A DNA stretch of 60,067 bases, the filler included, from Streblomastix strix (Eukaryota), in assembly GCA_008636045.1 (NCBI GenBank). It is 2 parts of 2 records of this genome, joined end to end, with 100 filler letters (N's around TTAATTAATTAA, not from the genome) between each part and the next. Parts side by side here need not be neighbours in the genome. Positions count along the whole stretch, not along the records: positions 1 to 30,016 come from SNRW01000095.1; 1 more part is not named here. One strand, written 5' to 3'. Below the pieces are notes generated by a model. The model was not told the origin of the DNA and made no database searches. It saw nothing but the letters and a program-made list of their open reading frames with translations. Position numbers and translations under genes: made by a program. Position 1 is the first letter of the stretch, and the number at the start of each line of letters is the position of its first letter. This document shows, one piece after another, positions 13,462-27,100 of the stretch.

Positions 13462-14910
13462 TCATTTCCATAATTCTTTTGGTAACATTTTTCGTACTTC
13501 ATTCATATACAAATCTTCATAATCAAGTTCAGCATCTGGTTTCATTGGAAGTATGCGTTCATCTGTCAGAAGTTTATGCTTATGAAGATATCGTATAATA
13601 TCAATGTGCGAAATAGTTGTATTCTTCTTCAATCCTGTTATATCATCTTCTTCAGTTAGTTCAGTTCCCATCTCCTGAAGGAAAACCGTAAGAGCTTCCT
13701 GAATGATGTCCTTAGCGTTATTCGCGATCTTCATTGGTGTAATTGATTTAAATACGTTGAATGCTGCACTTCCATTAATTTAACCTGTGTTTCTCTTACG
13801 AACTGGACGATTGTCTTCATCATCACTTAATGCATTATCGGTCCTCTTTCTTCTCCCCTTCTTCTTCTTCTTTGCTATTTAAATAGGAGCTGTTATAACA
13901 TCCATTCTATCTTCTTTTTCTCTTTGAATATTTAACTGATTTATTTCATTATCTGAATTTGCTCTTCCTTCTTGTTGCTATATAATTGATTATCTATGAT
14001 CATCTCCACTTACACTTTCATTACCCTCTCTTAGATTGTCAGATGATCTCTCTTCACTTTCATTATATCTAATTCTCTATATACCAAGTCCAGATTGAGA
14101 TGTTGTACTCTTTGTTATCTTCGATTACACTGTTTTTCTTCTTTATTGTTAGTCGTTAGTATTTTGTATATTTTATGGAGGGAGTTGAGTACTTTAACGT
14201 GCAGATCCTCGTATGCGTGACTCTGCTGCAGTTTTATTGGTTATTTCTTCTTCAATAATTGGAATATTTACAGATTGAGGTGAAGGTGAAATGAATTAAG
14301 GAATTGGTGTCTATTAATATTAAACTATTGGTATTTATGGTGCATATGGTTGAATGGATATATTAGACACATTTGATATACTACCAGTTGAATATTATGG
14401 GTTGACTATCGATTATTTAGATGCAACCTATGATGTTTATTATTGTGTAATCTGTGGAGTTGGTGTTATGGCTTTAGATGCAGGTGTTATTTGTTGAGCA
14501 GATGATGTGGATTAATATTAAGGTGTAATTGTTTTTGAAGAAGGAGTAATTACAGGAGGTTCAAGATACTGAAAATTAAATGGTATGTTTTTAGAAATAC
14601 GAGCATTTTATGGTGTTATGTCCTATTCAATTGATTCAGGAGTTTATTCCTCACTATACGTATTTGGCGTTTGATCCTCAGAGCTTGGCGTTTGATCCTC
14701 AGAGCTTGGTGTTTGCAATGGGAAACGGCTTTTATTGACAATAGATTAATTGGGAGTCTCACTGTAAGTATTAGTACTTTATGCCGTGAAAACTGAGTTT
14801 TATTATTCTGGGCTCGTACCAGGAGCAAGATGAGTCACTAGTATTGTATCGCCAGCTGCTCCTTGGTGCAGATAATCATTAACAGGATCAATTGGTGTTA
14901 AGTTAGTCAT
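13462..14910 (-). CDS. Intronless 482-aa protein: S/T/P/Q-rich N-terminus, basic NLS-like patch (KKKKKGRRKR), small helical C-terminal domain weakly SWIB-like
   Basis: ATG 14910 to TGA 13462 is 483 codons in code 6, and the C-terminus equals track ORF 13462-13734. The SWIB resemblance (TISHIDIIRYLHKHKL…LYMNEVRKML) is only a pattern guess. Confidence 0.75.
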
Positions 14911-15385
14911 ACTATTTAAAAAGTCAAAAATAACCAAAGTATATATAAATATTTTCCAATGTTTGTACTGTATTTTGTGTTTTATTTTATTATTTTCATG
15001 TCAAAAATTCTAGGTTATTATCGATAAAAACATATGTAGTATTATAATTTAAATTAATATATATAATATTAATATATATAATATTTAGAATTTATTAATT
15101 TATAATTAATTTTGTTCAGGAAATCGAATATTAAGAAAAAATCGAGTAAATTTTTATTTCCGACTAAAAATTTTAAATACATTCAATCATAATCTATATA
15201 TAAACAAATAAAGTAAAAATTTGAGAATTTTAAAAAGTTTGGTTTAAGAACTACGGACTTAAAGATTAATCAATTTTTGTAATTTTACTGAAGACCAATT
15301 TACTAATCAAAAACAACAAACCACGTATGTAATGGGAAATACATTATACTTATGTGCAAAATAAAAGTGAAGTGTAGATGAAAAC

Positions 15386-17549
15386 TCATTTTGTGCCTTA
15401 ATTCGGGGGAGGGTTGATCATCGACTTTCCTCTCTGTAGCGGCATCTGAGGACCAGGAGACGAGCTAATTTGGGTATGCTAGATTATAGCAGCTTGCTAC
15501 AATTGTGACGTGGTGGGTGTTTGATTATTTGATGAACCGCCTTATGGCAGTGTCACCGCTTTTGTGATAACAGGTGAAAGAAGGTTATTAAACGCATCTC
15601 GCTGGAGTTAACCTGCAATTGAAGTTAAAAGTGCAGATAACAACCCAGCTCTTAATTATACCAATTCTCTCATCCCGTCTTCAATCTTTTGAAGTGCAGC
15701 GTTAATTTAATCTCCATTATTATCAATTTTATTATTTTAGTTATCCTTATCTTTATCCATAATGCCATTCTATACTCCAGATTTCAACGAATTAATAGTT
15801 ATAACAACTTAATCTAGCATCTGTTAATCATCTTATACAGTGTATGGTAATTAATCAGTCTAAATCTTACCAGCTGCACTTCCTGATGCAACTTGAATGA
15901 ATGGATTGTTGGTGTATCTTGAATCAGAATGTGGTGTTTATGATTTAGAATTCCCTTTATTGTAGTTTAATGAAGATAACTTTCTCTCATGGCTGTTTCT
16001 CAATTCATTATCTTTAATATTTTACTTATCATTAATTAGATTTCCATTTTCATCAACACCATCCAGAGCTTCTTCATCATCTTCTCCAACTAAATTATCA
16101 TTTTCATCAAAGTATAAAACTTTCTTAGTTTTCAGTTTCTCATCTTATTCTTTCTCTTTAATCTTCTTTTCTTTCTCTTCTCTTTCTTTTTGCTTCTTCT
16201 TTTTATCCTCTTCTTCTTTCTGAGCTTATTTCTTCTTCATAGATTCAGCATTATCTTCATCTTCAAAGTCCCATTCAGGAACAGTAACACCAGATCCTTT
16301 CTGACCAGATGAAGTGTAGTTGTGTCTCCCAGAGTCTCTTGAGCTTAGACCTCCACGAAGCACCTTAGCATTGTCTATGGATATATTTGGTTCTCCTCTC
16401 GCATTGGCTACTTCCCTTTTGAGAGCAAATTTAGAAGCATCGCTGTTTCCTGTTCGTAAACTTCCTCCTTCTCGAATTAGTTTGGCAATTATAGCATCAC
16501 GTTTCCTCTATACAAGTTCTGCCAATATTTGTGTCTTCTTTGCTTTAGTTATGAATTTATGTTTAAGTAATTCTTTGGCATTAGGTCTCATATTTGGATC
16601 TTTAATAAGACAACTACTGACAAAGTCCTTCTCTTATTTAGAATATTAATCTCCTTCTAATTCAGGAGGGTCATTCTTAGGAATGAGCATAAGTACTTTC
16701 ATAGGATGTACATCTGAGTATGGAGGTCTTCCTGTTGCCAGTTCTATTGCTGTTATACCAAGACTCCAGATATCTGCCTATTTAATTATAATAATAGTTA
16801 TTAATATATATCAATACAATATAGGCAATATGCTATCACATACTTTTGTATCATATCCCTCTGGTGAATTAATAATAACTTCTGGTGCCATCCAATATGG
16901 AGTCCCAACAAAAGTCTTCTTCTTACTCATCGTATTCGTAAGTTGTCCACTCACACCAAAGTCAGATATCTTCACATCTCCATTTCCAGATATCAATATA
17001 TTAGATGCTTTAATGTCTCTGTTTAATTGATAAAATAAAATTGGAATAAAGGATAAATGATTACTTATAATCAAATACCTGTGTATCTTTCCCTGTGAAT
17101 GTAAGTAGTCCAGACCACGAAGAAGCTCACGGAGTATAACAGCAACTTGGTTCTCATCCAGATCTCCATATTTCATCAATTCAGTAATAGCTCCACCTTC
17201 CATAAATTCCATCACTATCCACAATTTACTCCCACTCACAAAGCTCCCATAGTATCTGGTAATGAGCTAACTGTCACACTGCGAGAGAACTGCAATTTCT
17301 TTCTGTATATCTTCGATCTCGTCTTCAGCTTCTTCTAGATCGATTATTTTAATAGCCATGACTTCACCTGTTTTCTTGTTTCGTCTAAAATATGCATGTA
17401 TTTGATAAACGAATAATGGTATAAATAATATCATACGCTTTCCACACTTTGCCGAAACTACCCTCTCCAACCACTTCCATAAGTTGGTACATATCTGGTT
17501 GCAAAAGCTAGAAATTTTCTCTAGCACGTGTTGACAACAAATTTGCCAT
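15386..17549 (-). CDS. STE20-family GCK-III Ser/Thr kinase (MST3/MST4/STK25-like)
   Basis: Motifs [71 protein letters not shown] and [10 protein letters not shown]. Introns at 17385-17436, 17019-17078 and 16778-16843. TGA at 15386-15388. The C-terminal helices resemble the GCK-III dimerisation region. Confidence 0.95.
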
Positions 17550-18185
17550 GAATTTTATAAAAAAACTATGTTTTAAATAAATAAAAAATAAAAATTAAGT
17601 TTTAATATGATATTAGAAATAAAAAAGTATTAAATATATGAAAGAAAAATTTAAGAATTTATGCATGTAACATTTTTAATTAAAATAATAAAGAATATTG
17701 ATGTATGTATAACGGAAATGGTATTTATTTTAATTTATTTTTGTATGGTCATTTTGCGAGTGTTGTTAGATCAAATTTGGTTTTAATTTGATAAATTTGA
17801 ATATATAATATTATAAAATAATTTAATTGGTAGAATTATCAATAAATTAAAGAGATAAAAGCGTACAAACTTCTTTTTTTTCGAATTTAATGTCAAAAAA
17901 GCAAAAATAACGTGTAAATTATTGTCATTTTATTAATAGAACTTACGTAATATGAATTTAATTCAAATATTAAAACAAATAAATTAAACATGTCTATAAA
18001 ATAAACTCAGAATAAAAGAAATATCAATTCGGTAAGAAAAATAAACTTGAAAACTTTAGAAATTTTATAATACAATATAAATTAAATATATTATATATTT
18101 AATATTTATAAAATTTAGTAGGAAAATTTAATATTCTAAACTAATCCTCGAAAAATAATCATATAATTCAATTCTAGCCCTAACA

Positions 18186-21100
18186 ATGATCTATATACTG
18201 TCTTTTGTTGCCATTACGATTGTATCAGCATTTACAAGTGATAGTAGCAACCCCGGAGAATTGCCGTTATGCGAATAAACTGACAAAATTTCATAAAACG
18301 AATGCCCTATAAACACACAGTAATATTAAGATAACATATTTGTTGTTTTTAATTAAACTATTAATGAGGCATTAGTTTTAGTCAAAACCTAGTCTTAAAA
18401 ATGCATAAATATTGAATTAACGTTAGATTTCAATCAACACGTTTTTGTTGCTAAAGGAGTGGAAATAAACAAAGATAATTCATTGAAGATTAGTGGATCT
18501 GGGCATGATAATCATTTAATTACAGTAGAAGAATAATTATCGCTTTGCAGAGGTTCCCTCACTTTGCACAAAATATCATTGCGTGGTAATTCCAAATCAG
18601 CAACATTCAAAACAGCATTGATTACAATTTGTCCTTGTAGTAAGTTGTTTATTAATGAATGCAAGATCATTTACTCTTAAAATTTACCCGAGAATGCACT
18701 CATAGAAGCTACATAGCTGAGATAATTCATTTAAAAAAGATATTTATTTTAACTTTTAAACACATCTTTTGAGAATTCTGAATGTAATGGGAAACGAGGA
18801 TTTATATATTTAGAAATTTGGTCTGAAGTTTCTGTGTAGATCAAAAGATGCTCATTCTAAGGATATCGTGGAGCTGCAGGATCTGGAAGAAATGGAGCCT
18901 TAACTATAGTAGACCATCTTGGAGGTATTATCAATGCATAAATAATTATATAGGAGTGTATATTTGAAGATAATGAAGGAGAACTTGCTGGTTCAATATC
19001 AGTATTGGGGAACACTCTTAGATTAGTACATGTAATTAATTGTTCATTCATCAATAACAGAATGAAAGATAAACATAAAATGGATAATCAAGAAGGTGAT
19101 ATAAGTGAAGAAATTAAAGGGATGATAATAATTGATAATAAGAAAACATAAATGGAAAATTTATTGGTATAATAATCATATAAAAGAATTAATGCGAATA
19201 TTGATCTCTTTATCTCTGATAACGGAAGTGATTCTAATAATTGTTCAGATGAATCTCCATGTCAGACTCTTAAATCTATATATGAAAGAACACCTCCTTT
19301 ATTTGATCCTAATACAGATACTCCGATTATTTATCTGAAAAGTGATACTAATAAATAGAGTAATATTATTATTGGATCATCTGGCAAGATTTTAACAATA
19401 ATTCAATCTAATGAATTCGTCGAAGGTTCATCAATATATTCATAATATACAATATCATACTCTTAATTTACTAATCCACTGTTTCAGATTAAAATGGACA
19501 GTGAACTTTATATTCAATAAATCCAAATAGAGTAAGATCCAATAACAATTAGCTAATCAGTTACAAATAACCTGTTTGAGCTTTAAAATGGATTTTTATA
19601 TATAACAGATTCAATATTTCATAATTTCCGCTTCAATTATTAATATGGAGTTATTTACTTTAATTATGGTTTTGGATGGGAAACAATCAAAAATAATTTC
19701 TTAAATATATATTCATCAACATTCCAGGATATTATATAAGAAGGATCCTTTTGTGATGGTGGCTCAGTTATTTGTGGAGAACTTCATAATAATAATAAAT
19801 TAATAATTAAATCAAACACACTATTTAAAAACTGTTCAAGTTAAGCAGGGTATGGGGGTGCAATCAGTCTTTAGATTCCAAGCGTCTATTCTTTAGAGAT
19901 TGATGAAGTTACATTTGATTCTTGCTAATCATCAGAAGGAGGTGCAATTTAGTTTAGTTTTGATAATACTCCAAACATTTACATTAAAAATAATTGTAAA
20001 TTTATAAGATGTTAAACCAATAATCATGGAAATGGAGGTGGAATGAGTATTTAACATCTTAACTAAGGACTCCTAATATTGTCTGATACAAGCTTCATAG
20101 AATGCGAATGTGCACAATAGGCGAATGGAGGAGCGATTGCTTTCATTCAGGCAGATAATTAAGGTGGAATAAAAATGGATAATGTATCTTTCTCACAATG
20201 CAAATCCTTGTTGGGATTAACACACAAATATGGTTGGGGTGGAGCTATATTTATTGATATATTACTTTATAATGAAACCGATACTTGGTTTTTTAACCTA
20301 TCAAGATTGTTATTCAATGATTGTATTTCTACTGGAAGGGGAAATAATATTCATATTCGATCAACAAATATTACAAGTACAGCATCAGATATCATTGCAA
20401 ATCATTTGATAACTGTTTAAGGAATAACTGATTAAGATCTCTATACATCTGGTTTATATCCAGATGATTATATTGGAATTAATTACTATGATGGACAATC
20501 TGGAACTAATGAAGCAAATAAGAACATTCCTCTATTTGACGGATCTATTTCTGAATGGCCTTTCTATTCATATACATTCTATGTAAATGGTTAATAAGGA
20601 CATAACTAATCTAATTGCGGATCATATGATAATCCATGTCTGACTATGAAGTACATATTAGCGCTTGATCCTTTTTTTGATTTGAATTATTAATATAATA
20701 AAGGAACAACTAATCTTACAGTTTTGATGATAACAAATACAGAATAAGAATATGATGAAGAAATATCATCATCTACACCAATAGGAAACAGATTCATTGT
20801 GAAATCGGATGGTTATATTTAAGGGGCAACTGGATAAACAAAGCAAAGGATTATTACAAAATCATATTACTAGACACTTTTTCAGATCCATTCCGAAAGT
20901 CTTCTTGAATTCATAGGAATTTAATTTGATAATCTTCAGTCTTCTTCATCCATATAAGAACCTTTGATTAATATCATATTCCTCACATCTGAAATTAATC
21001 AACCAATTCTCTCATTAATTGAATGTGAATTCAAATAAGATCCACCATCATCATCTTCTTCAGTATACCATGATTTAATCTTATCATCTGGAGGAAAAGT

Positions 21101-24100
21101 GAAAATAAAAGACTCAATATTCCATGAATATAAACTTGAAGACGGTAAGAGTGTTATTTCTATAACATTAAAAACAATTGCAAACCAGGATTGTGGATTA
21201 AATAATATTAATATAATTGGAAGTATATTCTTGAATATATAATAATTAGCAGGAAATACAAATAATGGAGGATCTGCAATAAGATCAACATTGAATAATG
21301 GAAGTAAAGTTGAAATTTAATAAACGACATTTGAATCATGTTCATGTTTATAACCTGGAAATGGAGGAGCAATTTCGATATAATAATTAAATACAGATGC
21401 GATAATATCAATAACAGATTCATCATTCATATAATGCAAAACAATCACTAATTCTACTTCTGGAGCATATGGATTAGGTGGAGCTATATTTGTTTATACT
21501 ACAATCGCTGCATCTGATTTATCATTATCTAACTTCAATATGACTGATCTTATTTTTACTAACTGCGATGCAATTAGTTTTGGAAATAATTTATTTATTT
21601 GCTCACCAAATACAAAAGCTACAGGTAATAAAATAATGGATAAAAGTTCAACTATTCCTAATCCTCTACTTTCAGTTAATGATACAACTAATCTTTTTAC
21701 TTCTTTAGAATATAGTTATGATTTCATGGGAATTGATGAATCTGATGATACGGATGGAAAAGAATCATATACGAAATATCGCCCACTCTTTGAAATTATA
21801 TTCCTTGATCCTTATTATGTAGATTCTTATTAGTCTGATATTCTCAATTATTGTGGAACAGATACAATTCCTTGTTTGACAGTATCTCATATTTTAAATA
21901 TCTATAAATCTGATATTTCCGATTATCCAACTTTAAATACAAATATAAATATAATATTACTTAATGAAACACAACTTGAAAATGAAATATAAATTAATTC
22001 CTAAACAAAAATTGGAAATCGAATTATAATAAAATCTGACGATTACAATGAATTAAATCCAGCAAGTTATACAAAATAATCCATTTTAACATAATCATAT
22101 TCTAATTCTCTATTTTCAATAACGAATATTGGATATCTTGAAGTTCTTGGCCTTCATTTTGATAATAATAATCCAACTACATCAAATGCACTATTCTCTA
22201 TCGCAAATGTTGATAATACTGATATCCCTGAATTATCAATTTCTGATTGCTTATTTGAATAAGATTAATCAACTCAACCAATCCAAAATCTTAAACATAA
22301 TCTAATGTATTTGAATGGAGGAAAACTTAGTTTGAAATCAACAAATATATAAAACTATTAATTTGAAGATGGATAAAGTTCGTTTTTAATTAAATCACAA
22401 TAAATCTCAACTTCTCCAGAAATATTCCTAATTAATACAATAAACATAATTGGAAGTAGATTCATGAATATATAATAACTAGCAGGAAATACAAATAATG
22501 GAGGATCTGCAATAAGATCAACATTGAATAATGGAAGTGAATTTGAAATTAATTAATCATCATTTTAGAATTGTAAATGCACATATGGAAATGGAGGTGC
22601 AATCTATACTATTCTTGAAAATTCAGGTAAGATTAAATTTGATGCTTAAACATCATTTATCAATTGTGAAACTACTGCTTAAATAAATGAAGAAGGTCGA
22701 GGTGGAGGTATTTATTTATATATATCTGAGACTTCGTAATAAAACATCATGATTTAAACAACAACTACTTTTGTAGATAACAAAGCTAGTAAATATGGAC
22801 GAGATATTTTCATATATTGCAAAGATATATACAAATTGCATATTGAAGATAAATTACTGTTTGATATTGATGAATTAAATTATAACAAATAAAATGCAGT
22901 ATTTGGCACAGAATTTGCATCTGAAATAGAACTTGGTCATTCTCCACTAGTGGATTTTGACTTACTATCTTTGCTCAAACCATATTTTAACGATACCTTA
23001 TTCATATCAACAGATAAATGGACGAGTCAAGATAAAGTTGGATGTGGAACTGTAATACTTCCTTGTTTAACACTTGAATTTGCAAAGACAAGAGTGATTA
23101 CTGAAGAATGGAATACTAATACAATATCTGGAGAAAGAAATGAAGCAAAAGAATTAAATCATACTTTTATAATCATTGAAGAATTTGATGTTGATAACAA
23201 GTTTGATTCCGAATTTTAGAACTTGGTTATACGTGGAGCATATCAGACTGAAATAGATGTCGGAATTAATTTGGCAAAACTTAGATTTAAAAAACGAGGG
23301 TAGATTGTGATAGCAGATATTGCAAGATGGAGAAGAGTTGATGAATCAAGAATTGAAATTGGAAATAAAGGACCAGATTAGAATTATTTGTTTCAAAGGA
23401 TCATAATCCTTCTTCCATCAGAATCAGAATATGGAAGTGCAATTCAACTTCTTGGTAATGAAAAAAGCAATAACTATGGAAGGAAGATTGAAATTAAATT
23501 TTATTAATGTGAAATTTAGACAGAAATATTGAATTCAGTTATTAATTCTTACTCATTAATTAAAAGTGAACCTTATATTACAGCCCAGATGAAAATAATA
23601 CTTGAAAATATAAAAGTAGAATAAATAAAGTTGAAAGATTGTTCTCTCATTGAAATTAAAGGTTAAGATGAGATTGCGTAATTATAACCATTTATTGTCA
23701 TTTAAAAATGCTCATTTAAAATAATATCAAGTTCATTTGCATCACAGAGACTAATCACAAGTCAAAATGTGGGTATATTAAGTATGCCTATGAGTATTGG
23801 ATCAGTATTGAATGTGCGTGGAATTAAAGCTGCTCTATTTCTTATATCAATAATTGATTCTTCATTTGATGATTGTTCATGTGAGATAATAATGACAGAA
23901 ATTGAGGAATAATTGATTGGAGTTGGAGGAGCAATTGGAATTTGTGGGAGGAACATACATACATAATTTATTAATAGCATTATAAGTGAATGTAAAGGAA
24001 TAGCTACGTATATACCAGTACAATAATAATCTAATAATAATATATTAATTTCTAATAATTCAAATTAATAACAAAAATCAGAAAAATCAAATAAAATAAG

Positions 24101-27100
24101 GATATCAAAACCGAAATACAACATCTTTATTGGTGGAGGAATATATGTTGGCTTAATTGGATAATCTGAAGATAGATATATTGCTTAATAAGGTATTATT
24201 GAATGTTTAAGAAAAGCAGGAGTAGAAGGTGAGTAATAATCTCGTTAAATTAATACTCTCTCTCGACCAATAATTATATTTGACATTTGCGTGATTTAGA
24301 AATGCAGAAGCACTTCTCCAACTGGGTAATCTGAAATATAAGTACTTTAAAGTGGAGGAATTTTTATTCATAATGAAAAAGTTGCATCGAGATATGACTT
24401 CTAATCCAGCGTCTTCTCTGAATGTTCAACAACCTTTTCTGTTGGATCAACATCAACAAACTTCGTACAAGATGTTAATGGAGTAGAAACATCTACATTT
24501 GAACCACTTTGGGAAAGAGAAATTGGAATTGGGATGTTTGGAAGTGGACTTATTATTACACAATTAAGGTACAGCACCATCAATAATTGCGAAAGGAACA
24601 CAATTTATCCGATGCGATGCAATTTTGAAAGATATTTATGATATTATTACGTCAACATATCATAATTCAATTTCTCAATAAGAATATAAATAATTTGATA
24701 TCATTGAAAAGGAAATAAATAATGCCTCAAGATAATTTCAAATTCCTTCAATATTTGAATTTTAAAAGTAAAACTAAACATTTCTTCTATATAAATAAGC
24801 TTAAGATATTTCTTATCTTTTCTAGAAATCAAATTCTGATTTCTTCAACTCAAACTCGAATTCATCATCAACATAAATTATTTTAAATTCAGGCTTATTT
24901 TCATCTAAAACAATTTAGATGCATGGTTTGCTTTTATTTAATATTATTTATAATAATTTTCTCTATTTTTTTTATGAAATTCAGGATAAATTTTGAACAT
25001 TAAAGGAAAAGGAATTTATTTGAGTAGAATAACACAATATAATTAGAATTAACACCTCTTTATCCTCAAATAGTCCCATTTGATTGCATCATAAATAACA
25101 GTTGAATTATAAAATTCAAAAACATCGTTATTTCTCATCAAAGGAAGAAAACCCAGTATTATTAATGGAATAAGAGTGAGTGGAAGATAATATATGAAAA
25201 GAGATTAAATTTAATCAGTCTTTGAAGTGAGAGAAGGAGGATTAGAACTTAATAACATAAAGATTGAGAATATAATTATGATTCATAATGTTTCTGAAAG
25301 TGGATAATAATAGAATTATCTGAATAAGAAGATTAATGGTATAATTATAATGACAAAATAAGCACAATTACTCAGAATGAAGAATACCACAATTTATAAT
25401 GTGAGTATGGAATAAGGAAGTGTGATCTATATGTCTGAATGTAAGAATGGGAAATTAGATCTTCTTGATGGAGTTGTTCTTCAATCCATAATCACTTCAT
25501 CTGATGGTTCAGCTATTCATGTTGTAGCAGATGATGGATGTATTATTAATGCAGAAGGAGTCATATTCAAATAATGTTAATCAGATTCAATATTAGGAGG
25601 AAAAGGAGGAGCTATTTATATTGATATGAAACAATTTGATGCTTAAGTATCATTTAAAAGGTGCATATTTGTTGGAAATTAAGCTGATTGGGGATCGAAT
25701 GTCTTCATTGCTTATTCAAATCCTTCATAACGTGTTGATAGAAGCGCATTCAAAGGAAGTGTTGCTATTGCAGGAAAGAACTATGAATAATAAATAAGTG
25801 TGTGTTATACTATAGGAACAAACAATTAAATATTTATTGATGAAATGGATCTATTACATACATCATGGTAAAGACAATAGAATGAAGGAGTTGTCAGATT
25901 CATTGGAATATCAGATGATGAACATCTTTGGAATCCAAACACTGTTTGTGGATAAATTACAAATCCATGTGATACATATGGATCTGTTGTCAGTTATATT
26001 CAGTAAGAATAAGAAAGTTCTGATGGATCAAAAGGTCGAGTAGAAACACTGATTTACTGTGAAGGCTAATTCATATCTAAATATATGGATTTATAATTAA
26101 CCAAATCAAAAACATTGAATATTGTTGGTTTTGGGTAGAATGAAACAGAAATCGGAGCAAAACAAAATATTCAGAATATTCTAATGAAAGGAGAATAAGG
26201 ATAGAAATTGATTTTAGAGAGATTAAGATTAGTGATGTTACCAACTTCACCAAAGATGGGGATTATTAATTTATAAGGAAAAAGATCAGGACTTATAATG
26301 TAAGACGTGAATGTATAAGGATATCTTGATACAAACTCTATAAATACAATTATGGAACCTTTGTATTTGTTCAGTGTTGAAGGATTTGCTATTTTAAGAG
26401 ATGTAATCATGGAACATATTTATTTGAGAACTGGTTCATTGATGCTTATATAGAATATGAGAAGTTATATTGGTGATAAGGGAATTGAGATGGTTTAGAA
26501 GATAGATCCTGGTTTCTATGAATGTCTATTTGATGATATCACATCTAATGAATCGGTATTATTTAGTATATCTGATGTAAACTTATTTGTTAATGGATAT
26601 ATACAATTGAATGAAAACATTGAAAATGATTTGAAACAAAATGCAAATTCATTAAAATTGAAGATTTAAGGTTCAATATTCTCAAATTGTTTTTCATCTC
26701 TTCCACTTTCTGATAAATAAATAAACGGAGGATTAATTAATATAATAAGTAAAGGAACAAAAGTTGAAATTAGTGGAAACAATTTCTAAAATTGTTAGAT
26801 GTATTCAAGAAATATGATATTTGTAGTGTTTGTTGAAAATGAAAGTGCTGATGAAGAAATAATGAGAATGAGTGAAACATTATTTATAAATTGTACATCA
26901 ATTATACCAGGCCTTGGTTAAGAAACACAGGACTTTAAACAACCAAACAAATAAGTATCATTATAATCAAATTTTGCTTCAAATTCAACCGAATAATCAA
27001 ATCAATTATATTTTGATGGAAAATCAGTTGTTGATCAATTATATAGACATGGGTTAATTCATATAGAACAGATATAATAAACTAATGCTTTATAGATGGT

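Noticed and set aside
16320..17338. Plus-strand ORFs overlapping the kinase
   Set aside because: Antisense shadows of the conserved kinase exons, with no independent motifs.
24569..24825. An intron (gtacag…ttctag) explaining the frameshift in the giant gene
   Set aside because: The resulting phase leads to TGA just after the next acceptor at 24985, and the skipped region reads as plausible coding sequence in the +1 frame.
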